64,000 bases of DNA, from the NCBI RefSeq assembly GCF_009914755.1, contig NC_060926.1; one strand, 5' to 3'. Made by a program: the position numbers and the translations under genes. This stretch comes from the human T2T-CHM13v2.0 reference genome, Homo sapiens. Below the pieces are notes generated by a model, which did not search any database, was not told the DNA's origin, and was given only the letters and a program-made list of their open reading frames with translations. Shown here one piece after another: positions 1 through 12,011 of the stretch (the stretch's first letter is position 1; each line of letters begins with the position of its first letter).

Positions 1-199
1 GAGACTTGGGATAAAATCAGTCATCTTCTTGTTTATCTTAGAACAATGTTAAATGGAAGTTTCAGGCATCTACTGGTTCTGAGCAACTATATAATTTCAG
101 TGCTTAAACAAATAATTGGGCTGGTCAGGAGAAGAGAAAGTGGAGCCTGCAGGTTTACTCTACATTTTGGGTTAAGTGGCAAGAATTGAGTAGGCTTTT

Positions 200-695
200 C
201 CAATTTCTTATTTTATAGTAGTAACATATATCTCCTCTCCTTGCAGCTGGGCAGGCTTTTGAGTACTTCGGCCAGTAGAATAAGTAAACATGGTTACATA
301 CAGTTTCTGGCCTCAAACCTTGAGAGATTGGTACTTAATACTTTTAATGCTTGTGATACCATGAAAGAAGTCTGATTACTCTCAGACCACAGCACTAGAA
401 AGGCCAAATGTAGCTACTCTGGTTGACTGGAGGAGTGAGCTCAGTCATTCAGCCATTCTTGAAAAAATGCCAGATATGTAAGGGGTACCTTCTTGGATTC
501 TCCAAATTTGCCTATCTACAGTTGAACACTAATGAGTGACCAATTCAATGCCACAAAGAATAAATTAATTTCTCTATCTAAAATTCTGAACCACAAAATC
601 ATGAGATGAACCATAAAATCATGAGATGATAAGATATTTGGTTTAATACATTAATGTTAAGGAACTGTGTATGTAGCAATAAAAGGCCAAAATAA
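200..695 (+). mobile_element. MaLR MLT1 (MLT1H/G-like) 5' LTR, old and diverged
   Basis: MLT1-like blocks 'tctcctctccttgcagctgggcaggc...ggccagtagaat' and 3' end 'tgtgtatgtagcaataaa'. Similar to the second LTR at 1968-2532. Start approximate. Confidence 0.65.
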
Positions 696-1967
696 AATTT
701 AGCATCTAGAAGTAGGGTGTTGCCTAAAACTTGTGACTTTATTTTTGTGATGGAGTGACAGATAGGAGCTGGAAGGGCATCATAGAAACGGTTAGTAAGG
801 ACATTAAAAAGAGTGAGGAAATGCTGCTGGAGGCTAGACAAAGGGTACCAGATGTCTCCAGCAGTAAAATGGGAAATAAAAAGGTCACTTAATGATCTGG
901 CCAAGGCAGGGATTTGACTTCCGGTTGCCTATGATAAAAGAGAAGAATGCAATAAATGAAAGGAGGAGCTGTTCGATTTTTAAGTAGAATTTAGAGAAAA
1001 TATATGGGTGCCAGTTCTGAAAATAAAACTGTTTCTCATCCTTGGTCTCTCCCACCAAGAGAATCTCAATTTTGAATGTTGTCAGGGCAAAACTGAAATG
1101 TAGAACAGCTAGCAGTAAGCATGGCTTAAGGTTAAAAATCACGTGTTGTACTGTGGGAACTTTTTTGATATATCAGAAAAATTTAAGGGCCAGCACAGTA
1201 GGACTTCAAAAATTCTTAGTACCTCCTCTTAGACATCATCTCTGATAGGATGAGAAAGGGTCTACAAGTCTTAGATAAGGCTACCAGAATGTCTCAATAC
1301 GCCAATGACTTAGAAGAATCTTAAGAACATTTTCCTGTAGGATTCTGACTATTAGCTCAAGGTAGAGAAGGGCCTGTCTCAGAATTTGTTTAGTAGAGTG
1401 AATTGTAATTTGATACACAAGGAACCCTCGCGATTCTAAAAGAATTAAATCAGCTTAGATTGAATGTGACAGAGACAGTGCAAAATGAAAAGGGGTCTTG
1501 GGACCTCCAAATTTCAGTAAAGACAAGGCAGGCTGAGAAGCTACACAGTTATGAATATAGCATTTCAAATGCATGTGATACATGAACTAGAGGGCAGAAA
1601 CAAGGGCTCAGAGGGTACTGTCAAGAATTATCCTGGAGATTAGTACTGGGCCTTAATCAAAGAGTAGAAGTCATGTGCCTGATTAGATTTCAGAAATGTC
1701 ATGGACTTGTTACTGCTGTGTCTAAGTCTCAGCATTGAATGTTATGTGTGTGGGGGACAAATTATTTGCTTCACAGATACTCAGAATGAGAGATGCTTTA
1801 CCTGAGGAAGCAAACCTGAGAAGGCTCATCTCCTTCTGGATGTGATTTAGGTGACAAGATCGAGGAATTTGAACAAATACTATAATGGGAGGAGACATTG
1901 GGGGTCACAGGAGTAGATAAGTGTATTTGATATGGAGGAAAAAATAATTTGCAGCCAGAGAGAAGCC
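696..1967 (+). mobile_element. MLT1-int internal region of MaLR element
   Basis: Begins 'aatttagcatctagaagtagggtgttgcc', resembling the MaLR-int 5' end. About 1.27 kb lying between two related LTRs. Confidence 0.6.
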
Positions 1968-2532
1968 TATGGCTAATTAAAGATAGTCACAGTATTTTAA
2001 GAACATTCCTTCCATAGAGGTGTATGTGCATGTGTACAGGGCAAGGGGTGTCTACAATTCCTCTCCTTCAACCTGGGCAGGTTTGGTGAGTGCGTTGACC
2101 CAGAACATTTGGGACAGATGGTAATACTGTGTCTTATGAGAGTGGCAGCTTCCACATTCTGTGTCTTACTTAGAACACCTTTTCTGGAATCTCTAAGTGG
2201 TTTTGTGAGAAGTCAAACTACTTTGAGACTGCCAGGCTAGAAAGGATTTGTCTAGTTGCCCAGTTCAGCAGTCACAGATGAAACTAGCTTTCCTGGCTAT
2301 CCCTATCAAGGTGCCAATATTTGAGTTAAGCCCCTCTGAATACTTCAGACCAGCCTATCTTCCAACTAAATACCACCAAGTGACCTAAGTTAACACTACA
2401 TGGAGCAAAAGAGTTGCCCAGTTTAGCACTGCCCTATTTCTTGACCCACAACATTATTAAATATAATAAAACAGAGATTTTTTAAAGTAGCCATTTTGGG
2501 ATTATTTTTTATACAGCAGTAGATAATTAAAA
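1968..2532 (+). mobile_element. MaLR MLT1 (MLT1H-like) 3' LTR
   Basis: Starts 'tatggctaattaaagatagtcacagtatt', contains 'cctctccttcaacctgggcagg' and 'ttcttgacccacaacatt', ends 'atacagcagtagataattaaaa'. Confidence 0.7.
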
Positions 2533-2776
2533 GAATTAAAATATTTTTAAAATGAGATTATAATATACATATGATTTATAACTTCTTTTTAGATCTATGA
2601 TATATTATAAATATCTTTCCATGTCAATAGGTATTCATCTAAAATATAACTTATAATAGCTGAATAAATATATTTTCTCAACATACTTATTGGAAATTTG
2701 GATGTTTTAATTTCTTTCACTGCCACTTTTTTCAGGGTCAGGAAACCATCATCTCTCAGATGTGGTAAAAAAAAAT

Positions 2777-3005
2777 TTTGGGAGGCTGAGGCTGGCGGAT
2801 CACTTGAGGTCAGGAGTTCGAGACCAGCCTGGCCAAGATGGCAATAACCCATTTCTACCAAAAATATGAAAATTAGCTGGGCATAGTGGTACATGCCTGT
2901 AATCCCAGCTATTCAGGAGCCTGAGGCTGGAGAACTGAGATCATGCCACTGCAATCCAGCCTGGGTGACAGAGCGAGACTCTGTTTCAAAAAAAAAAAAA
3001 AAAAA
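2777..3005 (+). mobile_element. Alu (AluS-type), 5'-truncated, with internal ~35-bp deletion
   Basis: 'tttgggaggctgagg...ggatcacttgaggtcaggagttcgagaccagcctggcc' and an A tail. Right arm lacks the segment between 'ggagaa' and 'ctgagatc'. Confidence 0.95.
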
Positions 3006-3009
3006 GAAT

Positions 3010-3372
3010 TGTTGAGGAGGCCATTAGGCTGAGACGGCTCCAGTGCATTAGATAAGCAAACCAAAACCTAATTCAATGTAAACAATAAAACAAAGTTAAA
3101 CCTTCTACTAATAAGCAACAGCCAACAAATCTCTAACTTGGGACTTTTTACCAGACCATATTCATATGCAAATAAGGTTAATGCCGAGAGGTAGCCAATT
3201 AAATAATTTCTTACTTTGATTCCTTGTTTAGCTTATAAAAGCCCACTGTTCATGTTGCTAAGGTGGAGCTCTTTGAACCTCTTCTAGTTTTGAGTGTTGC
3301 CTGATTCATGAATCATTCTTTGCTCAAATAAACTATGTTAAGTTTAATTTGTCTAAAGTTTATCTTTTAACA
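3010..3372 (+). mobile_element. ERV1 (MER4-group-like) solo LTR
   Basis: TG...CA termini, 'tataaaa' at ~3234, 'aataaa' at ~3328, and group-typical end 'tttaatttgtctaaagtttatcttttaaca'. Confidence 0.7.
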
Positions 3373-4029
3373 GTTGGGATATAACAAAGGTGTTTAAAAT
3401 TTCTCTCTACATTAATTCTCACTTTTATTCAGTCTGTTCTCTATCCTGAAATGAGAATTATTTTTGAAAACAATCATCTGACCATTGCAAGATAAATTTC
3501 CTAAAAGTGGAGACCATGAATCTTTAGTTTACAGGGCCTTACATACAGTAGATGCTGAATAAAACATTGTTGCAAGAATAAATTAGTTTGCCATGCCTCT
3601 ACTCAAAGGATTTCTGTTACTCTCCATTGTATTTAAATATGAACAAGTCAACTTGGTTTACCCAATCTTTATATGATCTTAGCTTAAAATCACATTGTAC
3701 TTTTTTCAATGTATTATGCTTTTTCCCTGCTGCAATTCCCTTGCAAATGCAAATTTTATTGACTGGCTTATTCTTTTTCCTCACTATCCTTTCTTCATTT
3801 ACGAGTTTATCATTCATCTTCCAGGATTCAGCTTCTATGCCACCTTCTCAAGAAATTCTTCTTTTGTTCACTTTATCTAGGTCAGAAATCTAGGTTTTAA
3901 GATCTCATTGCACCTGTATGATCTCTGTAATTATGACATTTACTCCCAGCTAAGCTAAGCTATAAGATCCATAATTGTGATAGTCTCAGAGTAATAATGT
4001 TTACCCCTAGTGACTGGAATATATTACTT

Positions 4030-4650
4030 ATTTTAAAAATAAATGTTAATTTGTATTTTGATGAGCACTTTTATACCTTCTCATTGCCCAATTATTTACA
4101 AAATATTTTCCTAGTAACACAATTACAGAATAAAAGAGTAAACATGATTGTTATTATTTGAATTATATATAATTCAAATAATTCAACAAAGTTTCTTCCA
4201 GTGCACTGAATAAATATTTTGACATTTTCTATGACTTTTTCTAAACATTTTTAGTAATTTCATTAAAAACAATTGCTATATTGTAGATATTTTAATTTTA
4301 TTTCTTTGATTATTAGTAATGGTGAACATTTATTTATTGGCTATTTGTTTATATATGTTTATTTCTTTTGCCATTTTGTCTTTGTCTTATTGACTTATCA
4401 AATTCTTTATATATTAACATTGTCCTGTTTATTTAATATTTTGCTCTTTATCTCCACATTTTATATCATTTTGATGTGTAAACATTTTAATTTTTAAATA
4501 GTTTTTACTTTTAACATTGGCTGTAAAAATTTATATTGTAAAGATTTCTGGTACATATTTTGGTGTGTTGTAAGAATATTGATCTAATATTTCTCTCAAC
4601 TCTATCTATGTTGACCCAGTATCACTTCTTCATTCTTTCCTTTTCCAGTA
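4030..4650 (-). mobile_element. Very old L1M (L1ME-like) fragment
   Basis: 'ttaattttatttctttgattattagtaatggtgaacattt...ttggctatttg' resembles the antisense ORF2 3' region. T-rich. Confidence 0.45.
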
Positions 4651-6618
4651 TTTATGAAACAAAAACAGTTTCAAAAAATGTGTAAGACTTTAGATTTTTA
4701 TCAATCTTAGCTCTATGGAGAGGTACTAATCAAGCTATAACATGAGCTTGAATACTCATGGTAATCAATTAAATCTGTATCCAAATGACAAAAAATATGA
4801 GATATTTTATCTCTCCTAAGATCATTTAATGTAAAATATTATAAAAATTATTTGTCAAAATCATGGAGTAGAATTTTCAGTTTTCTACGTGATTTTCTTT
4901 ATAGTTTATTGGGAAAAATCAGAAAACTATCCTGCCAGAGAGGTAAAAAGTGGGGAAGGAAAGCAGGAAGAATATGCAATTGTAAATTCAAATATGAGTC
5001 CTAAATGGGCTACATTGCCTTATTAACATTGAGTCAGATACCTGGTGAGATTCTAAGTCATCAGCAATATAAAACAATAATTTTACTTAGTAAATTTTTA
5101 AAGAGATGGCAATATATATGGTGTTCTGGAGGTATACCAGTATCTCCTGTATCTTCATCTTTCTGTAGGAAAGTGTAACAGTTTCTCCATCTTTCTGTAA
5201 GATAACTACTACTGTGAGATGAACTGATCAGCTTTGTTCCAATTAGTTACTTTCAGAAAGAAAGAAATCTGAATATATGTGCATTTGTGCCTTTACTGTG
5301 GAATGTATGTGTTAATAAGTAAAACTCTGAACCATTGAAAAAAGACATTCAGCCAATTATTTTGAGTACTGCTCAGAGAGGCCTTGTTATTTTGAGGTCT
5401 ACTTTTTATATTTTTTTCTGAAAAATCGTAATGCAATTGGTTTAATCACTGTCATCATCAGCTTTCTTAAGGAAATTCATTTCAAATTTGTGCATTGTAC
5501 TTGCTGGTATTTGAGTTTTGTGTTATGTGCTGTTTTATTAACAAGAACATCTATATTTTTTCTGAAATATTAGTTTTGAATGACTAATTTAAACAGATGA
5601 AGGAGTTAAGATAGACATTAGTCTAGAAAAAGAAAAAAGTGATTATTTAAAAATTATAATCTTAAGATTATATTGTTGGAAGGAAGCTTAAAAACTAGCC
5701 ACCCATCTGGCAGCCGATTTTTAAAAATCTCATTTTTATCAGTTAGTGGATATTCCGTTCTCTTCCATGACAGGAAAATCTCTACTTGTTGTGTAATAAG
5801 CTATCTAATTTCTGGGTACCTCTGAGTCTAGTGAGGTTTTCCATCTTTACTTGAAACCCTTCTGTATATGGCTTTTTTTTTTTTACAATAGCCAAAACTG
5901 TGACCCAAGAACTATGCTTATACTCTGCCCTGTTCCTCTAAGTAATTATGACATAATGGAACAGGTTGATGAATATATAGCAATAATTTCTATCTTATGA
6001 GAAAAGTGGGGAGACCTCTTCCTCACTTCTTTCACACACTGATGGATGACATCATGCATCCCCCTACATGTAGGACAAATGCTTTTCAGTAGGGCAACGG
6101 CTGTAAATAGCATCCATCTTCTCTGTTGAATTCAGAACCATATGAGAGTCAGTCAGATGGCCATCAACATGTCAGCTTTATTGCTAGTAAAGCTGACTTC
6201 CAGGGTTGGGGGAATATATGGTTTTATGTACATAACTAACATACTCTCCTTGCCAGTTTAAATCATGTGACTGCCCATCTAAAATGAAAGTTTGGGCCTG
6301 GGATTACTGCATCACATTAATGCAACAGACAGAAAGCGAAGCAAAGACAAAAAATCTATAAATACTTATAGACTGAAAACAAATAAAATTAGTACACCAT
6401 TGAGAAATGTGGACAAATTAGTCTGTTAGAACAAGCAAGAAAGGGTTCAGACAAAACACCAGACTTACTGCTCTATGGAAATACAAATAGTGGGATTTCT
6501 GTTGTCACCCAATGTCCAGGTGGTACTATATTGGACATCTTATTTTAAGAATAATAGCAAATGTTATTATTCCTGTGGACTTGTGCGAAAAGTTATTTCA
6601 TTTAAAACTTGGAAAATT

Positions 6619-6855
<237 letters not shown>

Positions 6856-8811
6856 AAAATTGGAAAATTAGTTTTGATCGCTTAAAAAAAGGAAACTTAT
6901 TTTACACTCGTGCTGTAGAAAGGGTGTATGGTAAATACAAGATAAATGTGTCAAGTTTCAGGATTCAGCCACTGTCTGTTGATTGTCATCTGAGTGCCAG
7001 ACGCCATGTGTATTGCTTACACATTTAATTTAGCTAGCATAGCTCGGGACGTAGAGATGATTTAAAAAATACTTCAGATAAGAGCTAAATATTTTTGTTA
7101 AAGTCACATAAATATTAAAATCAAGATTTGAACAGATTATGTTGGGCATGTTTTCTTATATTCACTCCTCTCTCTTCCCTTCCTGTTTATAAAAGGTCTA
7201 ACAGCTAGTATCCTGTTCTCTCTAAGGACTGACATGATTGTCCTGGTTGGTGTTTTTATGCACATTGTAACTACTGGTGACCAAAAAGGCATAGTTTAAC
7301 TCTTAAAATTATAAAATGCTGCAAAGACATCTTTTTGCACTTTCAATGTCTGTCATTTGATGCTTGAAACTTTATGAAATAAAGTCACCTATTTATTTGA
7401 TTTAGAGAACACTTTCAGGGTAAATGACAATTCTGTGTTTTTAAATGGTGGGTATAGATTCACAGGCTTCCAAAAATTCCTTGCAACAGTGCTTTAGAAT
7501 GCATTCTAAAGTGTTTTATACCTATATATTGGGTCCTCTTTTTGAATGTATTCAAAATAAAGTTCTCAAATAAAGATTCATAACTCAGATGAAAAGATGT
7601 TGTAGATATTTTACAAATTCAATATGATTTCCTAAAACATTCAGCTGCCTTTCAAGAAAATCAGTCTTTCTGTCAGGCCTTGGCAGTTAAGCTATAGTCT
7701 GCTGAGATGGCAGTATTCAACACCCTACATCCTGCTCTGCAGCAGACGTTAAGCTTTGGCTGTGACCATGCAATCCCACTTTAAACTCTTGTCTCTATAT
7801 GTGTCAGTTACAATTTGGCAGCTGGCTGGAACAATCATTCAAATCTTAAGATCTGAGGATTTAATTAAAGTACTCTATAATAAAATGAAACCATGAATTC
7901 CATGGTTTGTAAATATATAGTTAAATAATTCCAAACATCTAAAATGTATGTTGGTATGTTTCCTTTGCTGTTCTAAATTTAAAATTAGAGTGCGTTTTAA
8001 TATTGTAAAAACCCAACAGAAGTTACATGGGATATAATATTCTAAGCCTGAGCTCTTAAGTGGTGTACGTCTTTCTTCAGTAAGGTCAATTGGCAGAGAA
8101 CAAAAATGCAGAGCTCAGGAGAATGAATTCGTAGCTTTTTCTCCCATCTGGACATGGAGTTACAGCTCAGTCCTTTGCTGATGGCTGGCTCAGCTATGAC
8201 CTTTTACCCTGTTCTAATCTCTTAGAAATAATTCTAGTGAGAATGGAGTAAAAATTCACTGTTTAGCAGTTTAAGGAACCAGGTAGTTCCTGACCGCATG
8301 CCTTTATACTTGATTTCCTAAAGGTGCTACAGACTTGGTAGGCCCTTTTGGGGACATGCTAGAAAAATTCATTGGAAAAGTTTCTGTGGTGTCAGATTTT
8401 GGGCATAGTTTCTGTTCTTACAGAACTTGAAACTGTGGCATGTCAGGTAGTGGCAGACAAAGACAATCATTTCCATTTGAGGAAGCAGGAACAAAGAAAA
8501 GAACCAGCCTGCCACATAGTGACAAAATTGCTTTAGGAACCCAGGCCCTTTAATCCCTAGTCCAGTTCCTCACCAACTCATAGCACACTGCATTCAAAAA
8601 GAATCACTATGAAATTTTAAGAGAATTTTTCTCCCCGCTGACTGGGAACAACTTACTATTTCTGTGTCCATGTGGCTCTTCATGATTTCAGTTTTTTAAA
8701 AAATTTTATTGTATACTAATGACAGTAATTTTTCAATGCTCGCGTTTTGGCACATAAATAAAACATGGTACAAGGGAAAATAGTGGGATTTACTGGTAGA
8801 ATTACCGAGAT

Positions 8812-9075
8812 AATAGCAAAGTGGTTAAGAATATGGACTGTAGAGAGCTAGATTCCTAAGGCTTGAACACTTAATTTGCCACTTTTTCAGTGTGGGATCA
8901 GGGACACATGACTCACCCTTGTATGTATGTTTGTTTCCTCTGTGTGAAATGGGGGCAAATATTAGTAGCTGTCCCATTGAATTGTTTAAGGATTTAATTA
9001 ATCTATATTAAGTACTTTTAGCAGTACCTGGCACATGGTTAAGTTTGTATAAGGGTTAGCTATTACCATTATTAG
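8812..9075 (+). mobile_element. MIR SINE (second MIR fragment follows to ~9240)
   Basis: 'gtggttaagaatatggact', core 'tttcctctgtgtgaaatgggg', 3' 'tagcagtacctggcacatggttaag'. Confidence 0.8.
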
Positions 9076-9329
9076 TTGGACAAACCTAGACATCTTAATC
9101 TCTCTGAGACTCAATTATTTGATCTGTAAACCGTGGGTGTTACTTATCTCGTAAAGTTTTTATTAACATTTAAATAATACATAACATAAATGAAATATAT
9201 ATAATTATATAACACATGCACACAGCCTAGCAAAATAACTGACAAAAAACAGGTAATCAATATCTGTTGGTTCACTTTCACTAAAGAGGATACACTGATA
9301 TTTCCTTTAAAAATATGTATTAATTTGTT

Positions 9330-10370
9330 TATATTTTTGAATGGGCAACACACTTTTACATGGGTTAGAAATTAAAAATTTTCAAATCTCTACAGTAGGA
9401 AGTTCAGCATCTAACTTTTTCCCATTTATTCAGTTTCTATTACCCACTATCATGGTTAATAATTTTTACCAGTTGTATATATGTCCTTCTAAAGTTGTTT
9501 CATGCAAATATAAATACATAGTTTTATTTTTTCCTCTTCCTTTCACATATGAAGCACATTACACAAACTGTTATGCATCTTTCTTTTTTCACTTAATATA
9601 TTTTGGAGAGTTTGGCATAGTGGTAGTATAGAGAGCCATTTCCTTTTATAAATTTACAGCTGCGTAATAGCCCATTGCAGGAATGTACTATGATTTCATT
9701 AATCAGTGCCCCGCTGATGGTCTTTTGGGTTGTTTCCAACCTTTTGCTATTAAAAGCACTGCTGCAATTGAGTAACTTTGTACGTAGATTACTTTGCACT
9801 TATGGAAGGCCATCTGTGAGAAAAATTCCCAGAAGTGAAATTCCTGGGTGAAGCGTATATACATTTAATTGTCAAATTGTCCTCTAGAAGAATTGTACAG
9901 ATTTACCTAAGCATTAGGTATTGTATAACTTTTGAATTCTGCCTGTCTGAATACATGAAAAATACACCTCAGTGAATTTTTTAATTGTATTTTTCCTATT
10001 ACCATAGTGAATAAGCATTTTCCCATTGTTTAAGGGTAGTTTGTATTTATTTTCTATGAACCTTCTTTACAGGTTTGTCTTGATTTCTTAGGAACTATGA
10101 ACATTTAGGGAATGAGCTCTTCATCTGTAATAAGATTAGCAACTGTTTTTCCTAACTCAACATTATTTTTATACTAATTTTTCCTCATACAGGCATCATA
10201 AAACATCTTTATGTGTTTGAATTTATTTTCTCTTATGTGAATTTTGCATCTGTGTTAGAAAGGCTTTTCCTATTCTGAGGAAATAAAATAATTCTCTTAT
10301 TTTTCCTTTAAATACTTTTATGATTTCCTTTTTTTCACTTAATTTTTTAATCAAAAGTAATTTTTATCTG
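9330..10370 (-). mobile_element. Old L1M (L1ME/MC-like) 3' fragment
   Basis: Antisense L1 hallmarks 'gctgatggtcttttgggttgtttccaaccttttgctattaaaagcactgctgcaat' and 'cccagaagtgaaattcctgggt'. Confidence 0.7.
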
Positions 10371-10688
10371 TACTCTGTATTCAGTCTATTGGCATTTATA
10401 TTACCTCACTATTATTCAAAGCACCTACTGGCATGTAGAAGATGCTAAATGTATGTTTATTGAGTTGAATTGCATACATTATTCGACTTTACAAGATATT
10501 CTTAATTCTGTAACACTAAGGTCAAATAACAGCCCCACATCAATGCCATGCTTGGGTCCTGTGTGCTGCACTGTGTGCTGCACTCTACATCATTCCAGGA
10601 ACACCATTGCCATTGTGATGGGGCAGAACTTAACCCTCACGGCCATGAGTTGCAACCTGCCTTCTTTGTCCTACCTCCATTAGAGAGG

Positions 10689-10877
10689 CATCAGTCCTCA
10701 CTTCAAATTGTTGATAGGTTCTTGGAATCTGTGACTTTAAATGAAATGACATACAGTAGGCCCTCAAATAATGTGGTTTAATTGTAATATAAGAAAAAAA
10801 TCTGTTTCATTTTAGTCAATTTGCTTAAGGTAGCAGTTTTCAAGAACCTATTAATGATGTGAAGTAAGGATGTATTG
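10689..10877. mobile_element. TcMar-Tigger MITE (MER47-like)
   Basis: ~50-bp imperfect TIRs: 'tcctcacttcaaattgttgataggttcttggaatctgtgactttaa' and 'ttaaggtagcagttttcaagaacctattaatgatgtgaagtaagga'. TA follows the right end. Confidence 0.75.
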
Positions 10878-11324
10878 TACATGTTACAGCCTACTTGCCT
10901 TCCCATGATGTCATGATCTGCTTGAAGGCAGATACTTTGAAAATTCAACCTCTGATACCTAGAACATAACAGTATGCTTGCATACCTTATATATGTTATG
11001 AATCACTGTGGAATGAATGATCACATACCTAATACATTTTTGAAAGTGGAGACAGGTTGTATTTGTTTCATCTACAGTGTCATTTTTTATTTAAGTAAGC
11101 TATTAAATATAGTTCATCATTTGAACTAAATGTTCATTCAGTATTTCTTTGCGAGAATAAAAAAAGGTTTTACTCATACATTATTCCTAGAGGCAAGGGT
11201 TTCTCATGGAATTGCATAATTTTTAATATTTTTAAAATGACTGCCATATTCAGAAAGGTACTGTATGGCTTCTAGAGGAAAACTTTTATTTATGCTTGTT
11301 TTAAAAATGTAACTACAAACAGGT

Positions 11325-11575
11325 ATCATTATTGAGCACATCCTACAGCTATAGGCACGATACTAAAATTTTGGCACACATGCTCTCTCATTTAATTCCT
11401 TACAACGATATGATCATTATCTCTATTTCATATATAGGAGAATCACAGTGTTTAATGTCTTAAATTGGAGATATTAAGACTCTTGCCCAAAGCCACAGAC
11501 GTGGTTAGAGCCAGACTCTAAATGCAAGTAATCTGAATCTAGGGCCTAAGGGTAACAGCTATGGTATTCTGCCTC
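11325..11575 (-). mobile_element. MIR SINE
   Basis: 'ttattgagcac...ggcacgatactaaa...tctcatttaattccttacaac...cttgcccaaagccacagac'. Confidence 0.75.
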
Positions 11576-11663
11576 TCTCCTGACCTTGTTGAGGCTCATT
11601 ATCCTAAGATTACTGATATGAATGTGTAAAATTAGAGGCAAAAAAGAGAGAGAGGTCACTAGC

Positions 11664-12011
11664 TGATATGGTTTGGCTGTGTTCCCACCCAAATGTCACC
11701 TTGAATTATAACTCCCACAATTCCACGAGGAACCTGGTGGGAAGTAATTGCATCATGGGGGTAGGTCTTTTCCATGCTTTTCTCATGGTAGTGAATAAGA
11801 CTCATGAGATCTGATGGATTTAAAAGTGGGAGTTTTGCTGCACAAACTCTCTTTGCCTGCTGCCATCCATGTAAGATGCACCTTTCACCTTCTGCCATGA
11901 TTGTGAGGCTTCCCCAGCCACATGGAATTGTGAGTCCATTAAACGCTTTTTTCTGTATAATATTCAGTCTCAGATATGTCTTTATCAGCAACGTGAAAAT
12001 GGACTAATATA
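11664..12011 (+). mobile_element. THE1 (THE1B-like) MaLR solo LTR
   Basis: 'tgatatggtttggctgtgttcccacccaaat...aaaatggactaatata'. Perfect 5-bp TSD ctagc at 11659-11663 and 12012-12016. Confidence 0.95.

Noticed and set aside
5670-5900. Possible CR1/L3 relic (also ~45030-45330)
   Set aside because: Too diverged to support by eye.
10559-10584. 12-bp tandem duplication ctgtgtgctgca x2 (similar ones at ~35047, ~44063, ~56555)
   Set aside because: Ordinary slippage duplications with no functional implication.
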